Shown piece by piece: positions 36,165 to 43,645 of a stretch of 43,645 nucleotides of DNA. Source of the DNA: Saprolegnia diclina VS20 (Eukaryota); NCBI RefSeq assembly GCF_000281045.1, contig NW_008246072.1, positions 1,162,680-1,206,324 of the forward strand. Direction: 5' to 3'. Below the pieces are notes generated by a model. The model was not told the DNA's origin and ran no database searches. It saw only the letters and a program-made list of their open reading frames with translations. Each line of letters begins with the position of its first letter. Position 1 is the stretch's first letter. The position numbers were made by a program, and so were the translations under genes.

Positions 36165-36196
36165 TTGGCCGCGACCTTCTTGGTGGTCGCGGCCAA
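36165..36196. repeat. Perfect 12-bp hairpin with 8-nt loop
   Basis: TTGGCCGCGACC-TTCTTGGT-GGTCGCGGCCAA. Confidence 0.85.
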
Positions 36197-37185
36197 CGGG
36201 TGCGGGTCTTCTTCAGTGAGTTCTGGGGCTGCATCCGTCGACGTTGCAGGAGCGACGTTGCCAGAGGCTTCGTGTTGCGCTCGAAGGTCGGCGAGCTTGG
36301 GCAGCGGCGGTGGAATCTTGCCGGCTGCAATCGCCTTCTTTCGCGCCCGACAAGTCGGAAGAAACATGAGACAACCGCAAGCTTCTCCTTGTTGGCAGCG
36401 TGGTACGTTTTCTTCCGGGCCCGCTCTTTGTCTGCGTTGGCAGCGTAGTAGGCCTTGCCCTTGACCGCAATCTTCTCCCGATTCGCAGCGCGGTATTTCT
36501 TGTTGTGAATGCGCTTCCGCGCCTTCTGGACGTCGTCTGTCACCGTCATGGCTTCTTGGAGAATGCCACGTTTGAGCCGGTTGGATTCGATTTTCATATC
36601 CGGAGGATTCTGCGTTTATCCGGATATGTAAACGCCCGTTGCCAACTGGACGATGGCGCATGTCACTACAAGCCCCATGTTCGACGAGACGAGGTCCTGC
36701 TGCAACGGTGCTTTCTTGGCCAACAGACGCGCTTGCGATCAATCACAGAAGAGCGCCTCAAGTGCTCATACGACTACAGAGTGTAGTCGTATGACATGGC
36801 GCCAAGCCAAGATCCCAGTGACAGCGAGATTTGCCCATTCGACTCGGTGAATGCCTCAGAGAAACTGCGTACGTGCTGCCACGTATTTTATCCGGATAAT
36901 CTTGCCATCAAAACCCCTTCAAGGGTGGAAGCAGGCAATCAGCGAAGTCTCTTCCATGCCTTCCATGACTTGTTCGAGTATGGCACCACGTCGCCGTTGG
37001 ATTCGAATTCCATATCCGGACAACTATGAGCTGGCAGCCTGTGCGCAGCGCATTATCCGGACCAAGGAAACGCCCATTGCCAATCAAAAGAACGGCGCCA
37101 TTCTCGTGGCCAAACCTTTAACTACAAGCGTCTACTAGGATGCAGCCAAGATGTTACGGGTTATAGAACTCGTTTGTGTCTCTAT

Positions 37186-40100
37186 CTACACGCGGGCAGT
37201 CGGGTCCGTCGCTGTCAAGACGTGCGCGACGCTGCCCATGGCGGCAGCAAGACTGGACCAGACGTTGACAATGAACTCGACGTGGGGCGGCACGAGGAGC
37301 GCATAGTTGAAGATAAGGCCAATGATGCCGGGCGAGAGCGCGTGGCGCAGCGAGACGAGAGCGACGAGCATCATGAGCATCAAGAGCGCGTGCAGCAGTT
37401 GCATGCGCAGGGAAAACCACTGCAGAAGAGTCTCGTGCACGTAGCTCGCCTCTTGGTGCGCGTTGACGTGCGTCATGTGGAGGCGGTGGAAGCGCCGCGT
37501 CTGCTTGGGCCCAAACGCGCGCACGACGACGGCGCCAGTGATCGCTTCCGTCACAAAGTGCAGATGGGGGCCCCGGGTCGTGCGCGAGAGACGGTCAATG
37601 TCCTGAAGGGGCTTGACGTAGTAGGCGCTGACGTAGTAGTAGCCGTAGAGCACGAGACCCATCGGCAGCGCCGACGACTTGAGAAACCACATGGACGTGC
37701 CGAGGGCGAACGCAGCGATGAAGACGTTGGCGAGGAACGCGCCGGCCGCGAACGGCAGCTTGGTGTCGAGCGTCACCATGTCGCTGTTGTAGACGCTGAG
37801 GAGCTCGCTCGAGACGGGCGGCATGGCCGAGGGCACGAGCGTCGCGGTCTTGAGCCCGTGAAACAAGCCCCGGGACGCGCGGAGGCCCGCGCAGGAGGTA
37901 GCCAGCGTCCGGAAGACGACCATGAGCACGCTTGCGCCGGCGAGGATCGCGTATACTTGCATATGGTAGGTCGCAAACGCCGTCGCCGACTGCCGCGCCA
38001 ACGGGACGTCCATGTCGTGGCCCGGGAACACAATCGTGGTCTCATTGCGCGTCGTCGCATTGTGCGAACTCGGGTCCAGAAAGCTGTTGGCGTTGATGAG
38101 CGGCTGGAGGCTGCACCAATGGCCGAGCCAGAGATCGCTCGCAACCTGGAGACTCTGCCACAGCGCCTGCACGACCAAGAGGAAGAGCACGAGGAGCCAC
38201 CCCGCGGCCGAGAGATACGCGAGGTACGTCGCTGTCCCAATGCGCGGCGTCTCCTTATTCGACGAGAGCAGCGTCGGGTGTGCGTTCTCGTCCATTGTGT
38301 AGCTGTGCTCCTCGGACAAGAAGCCGTACGGCGACCGGAGCGACGGCGACATGAGCGTATCCGGCGCCTCAAAGCCGCTCGTGAGCGACGACGTGTCGGC
38401 CTCAAGCGCCGCGTGGTGCTCGTCCCAAAAGCCTTTGCGCGCGGGGAGCGCCGGCAGCGCCATGGCCGCGACCTTGGCCAAGTGCGGGTTCTCCAGCGTC
38501 GTGACAAGGTCGCGATCGACGAGCTCGAGCGCGCGGTTGATCGACTTGCTACGGACAATGTCCGGGTGCAAGGACACAAGGACCACCGTCTTGTAGCGGA
38601 GGAGACCAAGCACGACCGACTGGAAGAGCTGGACGTCCATGTATGCGTTCATGTCCAAGAGGTAAATGTCGGCGTCGTTGTAGCACGCGCGGGCGAGCGC
38701 AATCTTGGCCTGGAAGGACGGCGAGAGCCCGTGGGTGGTCGCGACCGTCTTATCACCGAGGCGCAACGGGCGAATGTCGTCGCGCAGATGGCACGCGTCC
38801 AGCACCATACTGTACCGCTTGTGGTCGAACGGCTTGCCAAAGAGGATGTTGTCCTGGATCGAGGCGTGGACAAGCCATGGCGTTTGCGGGCAGTAGGCGA
38901 CGCGGCCACCGACAAACACGAAGCCTTCGTACAAGTCGAGTTCGCCGAGCAGCGCCGAGCAGAGCGACGACTTGCCTTGGCCGACCGCGCCATGCAAAAC
39001 GATCGTCTCGCCGCGCTTGACGCTGAGGTTCAGCGACGCAAACACGGGCTTGTCGGCGTCCCACCCAAAGGACCCGTGCTCGATCGCAATGTCGATCTGG
39101 TTGGACGCAAAGTTGCGGTACTGCGACGCGCTCAGGTCGTTGGGCGACGTGACGGCCTTTGGGTTCTTCTCGCTCATGCCCATGAACGCCATGAGCCGAC
39201 GGTGCGCGATGATGGCCTGCATGATGTTGCCGACGATCTGCGGCAGCCCAATGAGCGGGCCGCGCAGCGACCGGAAGAGTGCGAGCGCCGTAAAGACCTT
39301 GGCGGCGGTCACGCTCTCGTGCTGGACAAGGGTGTAGAACGCAAGCGACGCGGTCGTCACAAGGACGGGCGCCGAGTAAAGAAGAGCGGTCACACCCGCT
39401 GCCACCGAGAAAGCGCGACCGAGCTGCGAGAGCTCGGCCGACCGCGCAGCCTCGACAGCCGCCGCCGACCCTTCGTCGTCCTTGAGTATATCCTTGCTCG
39501 ACGAGCTGTGCTCCGTGGCCGTGTCGTCCTTGACCGACGCCTCCTTCTCCGAGTCCGACTCGATTGTCTTGGGCGTGCGGGGCATCGGCGGCGGCGGCGG
39601 CGCAAAGTACGCGAGGACCGCACGTGCGCGGACCGCCTTGAAATGCATGAAGCGCTTCCAGATGCGCCGCTGCCACGAGACGAGGACGTTGTTGAGGCCG
39701 AGCGTGAGGATGATGATGACGGCGCCGATCAACGATGCGTACCCGAGAAGGTGGTAGAGAAAGTAGAGGATCGCGCCGAGCTGCGTCGGGATGATCCACG
39801 CCTGGTGCGTGTAGTACGCAGCGCTGATGATCCACATGATGTCGGACGTAAAGAGGTTGGTGACGTCGGATGGCGTCTTCTCCTTCTGCGCTTTCGCATC
39901 AAGAAGCAGCGCCTTCTGGAACACGAGCTGCTGGACCGCCGACGTGAACCGGAGCACGATGGCTTCGTTCTGGAAGGCTGTGTGCGTCGAGAGAAAAGCC
40001 TGCGCCGCCTTGACCACGAAGAGCGAGAAGACGAGCGCGCAGAGGTACGGCGCCGACTCATTCGCCTTCGTTTCGATGGCGCCAACGACGAGATAGAGCA

Positions 40101-40434
40101 CGTAGGGGCCGTAGAGCGTTGCGGCGACGGTAAGGAACTGCAGGACGCCGATGAAGAGGAAGCGCCAGCCAAAGATCGAGAGGAACGTCGTGACAAAGCT
40201 CTTGGTCTGGCGGAACTTGGCCTCAAACTTGGCGCTCACGTGCTTGCACTGGTTGTCGCGGGCGAGGGGCCAGAGGTCCGGCGCCTCGAGCGGGGTCTCT
40301 TGGCTGCGGTCCATGAGCGGGTTGGCCCAGCGGAAGAAGACGAGCGAGAAGGCTGACGCGCCCGCCACCGGGTGCACGATCTCCGCGTCCCGGACCCGCC
40401 GGTCCTCGATCGTCTGGTACTTGGTCCCGCGCAT
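37186..40434 (-). CDS. ABCC/MRP-derived membrane protein, TMD1-NBD1-TMD2 only (no NBD2), intronless
   Basis: Lasso-like ASAFSLVFFRWANPLM; Walker A GAVGQGKSS; AYCPQTPW; IQDNILFG; IALARACY..ADIYLLD; TMD2 ASDLWLGHW and EAITGAVVVRAFG; stop right after the last TM helix. Confidence 0.88.
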   Translation of the reverse strand: MRGTKYQTIEDRRVRDAEIVHPVAGASAFSLVFFRWANPLMDRSQETPLEAPDLWPLARDNQCKHVSAKFEAKFRQTKSFVTTFLSIFGWRFLFIGVLQFLTVAATLYGPYVLYLVVGAIETKANESAPYLCALVFSLFVVKAAQAFLSTHTAFQNEAIVLRFTSAVQQLVFQKALLLDAKAQKEKTPSDVTNLFTSDIMWIISAAYYTHQAWIIPTQLGAILYFLYHLLGYASLIGAVIIILTLGLNNVLVSWQRRIWKRFMHFKAVRARAVLAYFAPPPPPMPRTPKTIESDSEKEASVKDDTATEHSSSSKDILKDDEGSAAAVEAARSAELSQLGRAFSVAAGVTALLYSAPVLVTTASLAFYTLVQHESVTAAKVFTALALFRSLRGPLIGLPQIVGNIMQAIIAHRRLMAFMGMSEKNPKAVTSPNDLSASQYRNFASNQIDIAIEHGSFGWDADKPVFASLNLSVKRGETIVLHGAVGQGKSSLCSALLGELDLYEGFVFVGGRVAYCPQTPWLVHASIQDNILFGKPFDHKRYSMVLDACHLRDDIRPLRLGDKTVATTHGLSPSFQAKIALARACYNDADIYLLDMNAYMDVQLFQSVVLGLLRYKTVVLVSLHPDIVRSKSINRALELVDRDLVTTLENPHLAKVAAMALPALPARKGFWDEHHAALEADTSSLTSGFEAPDTLMSPSLRSPYGFLSEEHSYTMDENAHPTLLSSNKETPRIGTATYLAYLSAAGWLLVLFLLVVQALWQSLQVASDLWLGHWCSLQPLINANSFLDPSSHNATTRNETTIVFPGHDMDVPLARQSATAFATYHMQVYAILAGASVLMVVFRTLATSCAGLRASRGLFHGLKTATLVPSAMPPVSSELLSVYNSDMVTLDTKLPFAAGAFLANVFIAAFALGTSMWFLKSSALPMGLVLYGYYYVSAYYVKPLQDIDRLSRTTRGPHLHFVTEAITGAVVVRAFGPKQTRRFHRLHMTHVNAHQEASYVHETLLQWFSLRMQLLHALLMLMMLVALVSLRHALSPGIIGLIFNYALLVPPHVEFIVNVWSSLAAAMGSVAHVLTATDPTARV

Positions 40435-40546
40435 GCTGCCGACGACGAACTTCGAGGATGATGACGTCCGGAAACGCGAAAGCCAGGCCGGCCGTATCCG
40501 GACTATCAACCAATGAGCTGGCAAGCCCACACGCGCACCCAACGAC

Positions 40547-40620
40547 CCAACTATCCAACCATCCATCTATCCAACGATCCATATATCCAACATCCAACTA
40601 GCCAACACCAGCTATCCAAC
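40547..40620. repeat. Degenerate simple repeat (ATCCAAC-like units) upstream of the ABCC gene
   Basis: ccaactatccaaccatccatctatccaacgatccatatatccaacatccaactagccaac... Confidence 0.7.
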
Positions 40621-40743
40621 ACGAACCGGTGATCCGCGCCTTCCTCGGGTACTATTGCTCTCGAGCTGGCGACGCCTTGTCTGTGTACACCAAGGTAGCT
40701 CAGGGATAAACACTTGAACTATCTTGATAGCGTGTTGTCGCTC

Positions 40744-43014
40744 TTACTTNNNNNNNNNNNNNNNNNNNNNNNNNNNNNNNNNNNNNNNNNNNNNNNNNNN
40801 NNNNNNNNNNNNNNNNNNNNNNNNNNNNNNNNNNNNNNNNNNNNNNNNNNNNNNNNNNNNNNNNNNNNNNNNNNNNNNNNNNNNNNNNNNNNNNNNNNNN
40901 NNNNNNNNNNNNNNNNNNNNNNNNNNNNNNNNNNNNNNNNNNNNNNNNNNNNNNNNNNNNNNNNNNNNNNNNNNNNNNNNNNNNNNNNNNNNNNNNNNNN
41001 NNNNNNNNNNNNNNNNNNNNNNNNNNNNNNNNNNNNNNNNNNNNNNNNNNNNNNNNNNNNNNNNNNNNNNNNNNNNNNNNNNNNNNNNNNNNNNNNNNNN
41101 NNNNNNNNNNNNNNNNNNNNNNNNNNNNNNNNNNNNNNNNNNNNNNNNNNNNNNNNNNNNNNNNNNNNNNNNNNNNNNNNNNNNNNNNNNNNNNNNNNNN
41201 NNNNNNNNNNNNNNNNNNNNNNNNNNNNNNNNNNNNNNNNNNNNNNNNNNNNNNNNNNNNNNNNNNNNNNNNNNNNNNNNNNNNNNNNNNNNNNNNNNNN
41301 NNNNNNNNNNNNNNNNNNNNNNNNNNNNNNNNNNNNNNNNNNNNNNNNNNNNNNNNNNNNNNNNNNNNNNNNNNNNNNNNNNNNNNNNNNNNNNNNNNNN
41401 NNNNNNNNNNNNNNNNNNNNNNNNNNNNNNNNNNNNNNNNNNNNNNNNNNNNNNNNNNNNNNNNNNNNNNNNNNNNNNNNNNNNNNNNNNNNNNNNNNNN
41501 NNNNNNNNNNNNNNNNNNNNNNNNNNNNNNNNNNNNNNNTGGCCTGGGTTGACGAGGAAGACGCCGCCGGGAAGGAAGTAGTTGTCGCGCGCATGGAAGT
41601 CACTAGGGCGGACTATGTCCTTGAAATACGGCGAGTCCTTTGGGCACTCACTCAAGTCCTTTTGCCAGTCGCCGTCGTAGATGGCCGCCTGCGCCTGCTT
41701 GAGCGAGGCGGGGACGTTGCCGCCTGTGAGATTCGCACCGCGCTTCACGACCGGCGGTGCGACGCCGCGCAGACCGCGCTCCGTCAGCGAAAAATCTGCG
41801 GGGTACGTGTGCACCGCCGCTGAGAACGCCGCGAGCGCCACAATGCCGAGCACCAAAACCGGCGTGATCCACTTGGCCTTGCGCCGGCGCAGACGCAGCT
41901 CGACGTCTTCGTACGTAAAGATGCTCAAAGCGACTGAGACGAGGAGAATGAACCACGGCTCGGCAAAGAACGGGCGCGGCGCCGTCGCCGGATACCGATC
42001 CCCAGAGAATACAAGGAGCGGCCAATGCCAGAGGTAGAGGCAGTAGCTGATCTTGCCAATGTAGACAACAACGGCGTTGCTGAGGATGTAGCGGTTGAAC
42101 GGCGTGCGGGGACCGGCCGCCATGAGCAAGGTCGCGCCGACAGTCGGGAGCAGCGCCCAAAAGCCGGGAAACGCGCGGTCTTCGTTGACGGTGGCAAAGC
42201 CGACGACGACGAGACCAAGGCCAACCACCGACATCCAACCGCCATACTTCGGCGCATTGTCGGATGTAGCAAGCGGCTCCAACGCCTGCGACGCCACGTA
42301 AGAGAGGAGACCGCCCATGGACATTTGCCAGAAGCGGCAGAGCGGCATGTAGAACGACACCTTGTTGTCGCGGTAGCCGAGGAAGGCAATGTTGGTGCCA
42401 AAGCTCAGCACCATAAACGCCACTTGGAAGATGATCGCGCGCTTGTACGAGAGCTTCATGATGATGGCGCAGAAGAATGGCCAGAGAATGTAGAACTGCT
42501 CTTCGACGCCGAGCGACCAGAGGTGCAAGACCGGGTTCGCACCCAGATCAAAGTACGCCTTCTCGAGCGAGAGCACTTGGAGGTTGGCGGCAAAGACCGT
42601 CCCGGCAAACATGGTGGCGGCCATGAGCTTGAGCTTGGGCGCCATGAGGTAGAGGTACCCGAGCCAGAGCGTCGCGCTCAGCACGATGATGAGCGTCGGG
42701 AAGATGCGGCGGACGCGGCGCTCATAGAAGCTCGCGTACGTAAACTTGCCGCGCTTGTGCTCCTTGAAGAGGATGCCGGAAATGAGAAACCCGGAAATGA
42801 CAAAGAAGATGTCGACGCCAATGAAGCCGCCGGGAAAGAGCTTGGGGTACGCGTGGAAGACGAGGACGGGGAGCACGGCAAGCGTACGAAGACCGTCAAT
42901 GTCGGGCCGGTAGCTGTGGCTCGGCGCGGGCGGCGCGTGGTCCGAGAGGAGGACAGCGTCGTACTCTGTGTCGGGCTCGTCGATGTTGGAGTTGCGCTTG
43001 TCGATGTCGGCCAT
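40744..43014 (-). CDS. Acyltransferase-3 (OafA/YrhL-like O-acyltransferase); C-terminal part, probably SGNH, falls in the gap
   Basis: YRPDIDGLR..AV, GGFIGVDIFFVISGFLI, FYERRVRRIFP, HLWSLGVEEQFY..WP, IGKISYCLYLWHWP. The 3' end (AAG TAA at 40744-40749) is tentative. Confidence 0.88.
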   Translation of the reverse strand: MADIDKRNSNIDEPDTEYDAVLLSDHAPPAPSHSYRPDIDGLRTLAVLPVLVFHAYPKLFPGGFIGVDIFFVISGFLISGILFKEHKRGKFTYASFYERRVRRIFPTLIIVLSATLWLGYLYLMAPKLKLMAATMFAGTVFAANLQVLSLEKAYFDLGANPVLHLWSLGVEEQFYILWPFFCAIIMKLSYKRAIIFQVAFMVLSFGTNIAFLGYRDNKVSFYMPLCRFWQMSMGGLLSYVASQALEPLATSDNAPKYGGWMSVVGLGLVVVGFATVNEDRAFPGFWALLPTVGATLLMAAGPRTPFNRYILSNAVVVYIGKISYCLYLWHWPLLVFSGDRYPATAPRPFFAEPWFILLVSVALSIFTYEDVELRLRRRKAKWITPVLVLGIVALAAFSAAVHTYPADFSLTERGLRGVAPPVVKRGANLTGGNVPASLKQAQAAIYDGDWQKDLSECPKDSPYFKDIVRPSDFHARDNYFLPGGVFLVNPGXXXXXXXXXXXXXXXXXXXXXXXXXXXXXXXXXXXXXXXXXXXXXXXXXXXXXXXXXXXXXXXXXXXXXXXXXXXXXXXXXXXXXXXXXXXXXXXXXXXXXXXXXXXXXXXXXXXXXXXXXXXXXXXXXXXXXXXXXXXXXXXXXXXXXXXXXXXXXXXXXXXXXXXXXXXXXXXXXXXXXXXXXXXXXXXXXXXXXXXXXXXXXXXXXXXXXXXXXXXXXXXXXXXXXXXXXXXXXXXXXXXXXXXXXXXXXXXXXXXXXXXXK
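40750..41539. other. Assembly gap (790 N)
   Basis: Run of N. Confidence 1.
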
Positions 43015-43565
43015 TTGCGCTCCACTTGACCAAAGGGTTTGTGACGTTGAGTGAAGTTGAGGTTGAAGGCCGTGTTACACACCTACGTCACAGCTGGGTT
43101 GGACCCTTGCCCCACCCGGACAACTATTGCAGAAGATCATTCCGCCCTCCTCGTAGTGGCCTCGCCTCGCCCAGGAGGCTGAGAGCCGCGCACGGTATAC
43201 ACGCCGGCCTCGCACCTCCTCTCGACCTTGATCACGAGCCTGCGCTGCCTTGAGCAAACAACGTAAGGTAGCCACCTCAGTCGCCGAAGTCGTGGCTGTC
43301 CTGTCCAGTCCAGCCGTTTGTCCGGGTTGTATGTCTGGGAAAAACGGGGCAGAGCCGCTCAACCCCTCTGGGCAAGCCCGCAGGCACCCACCCACGAGCC
43401 CAGCCACCCATCGACTATCTCCCGGGCGCGATTCAATCGACACGATGGACACTCTTGAGAGATAGTACTGCTTCTGATATGCATGCTGGCTGCGGAGAGA
43501 TGCGATGACGAGGAAGGTACACATACATGGTTCTAAATTGGTCGCGATTCAAGCGCAAGCTCGGA

Positions 43566-43645
43566 TTACTTTTGGAGGCGCGCGGCGTCGACGACTTGGT
43601 CGATCACCGTGAGGTAGCTGCGGGCAAAGTGCGTGTTGAGGTGCA
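43566..43645 (-). CDS. 3' end of an upstream gene, possibly the SGNH tail of a tandem acyltransferase-3 paralog (partial)
   Basis: Reads HLNTHFARSYLTVIDQVVDAARLQK*. The position of HL(N/T) fits the DxxH block near SGNH C-termini, and it ends AAG TAA like the sequence at 40744. Confidence 0.5.
   Translation of the reverse strand, partial: HLNTHFARSYLTVIDQVVDAARLQK

Larger units (their letters stand above)
35990..36549 (-). other. Small, probably decayed gene with basic 15-residue Y-x-AAN-x-E/D-K helical repeats
   Basis: KYRAANREKIA / AYYAANADKER / TYHAANKEKLA; the coding-like reading shifts frame near 36350-36380 without a clean AG acceptor. Confidence 0.4.

Noticed and set aside
37174..40356. 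1060-aa plus-strand ORF and other long antisense ORFs
   Set aside because: Shadow frames caused by high GC3 codon bias of the real opposite-strand genes; no domain motifs.
40714..41823. ORFs spanning the N run
   Set aside because: Artefacts of translating the gap.

Overview
Gene-dense, GC-rich eukaryotic DNA with many short (~45-55 nt) GT-AG introns and oomycete-style Inr/FPR and CCAAT promoter elements; most likely a Saprolegniales oomycete (inference). Genes in order: LRRC56-like; a transmembrane-ankyrin-TIR-TIR protein; two PX-RING-H2 paralogs; DNAJC9-like; phosducin-like; a soluble-type adenylyl cyclase fused to STAND NTPase, FYVE and PH domains; RPL37A; two FYVE-GAF paralogs; an EF-hand/RCC1/F-type-lectin-fold protein; anthranilate synthase component II; a ferroportin pseudogene; a rearranged patch (inverted 239-bp copy of window positions 1-239, two hairpins with the same loop motif, a duplicated promoter module); an ABCC-derived protein lacking NBD2; and a bacterial-type acyltransferase-3 gene crossing a 790-N gap, plus the 3' end of a probable paralog. 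The strongest candidates for new biology are the TIR receptor, the cyclase-STAND-FYVE-PH protein with its FYVE-GAF neighbours, and the single-NBD ABCC. All domain calls come from reading motifs by eye, not database searches; multi-exon gene ends are approximate.
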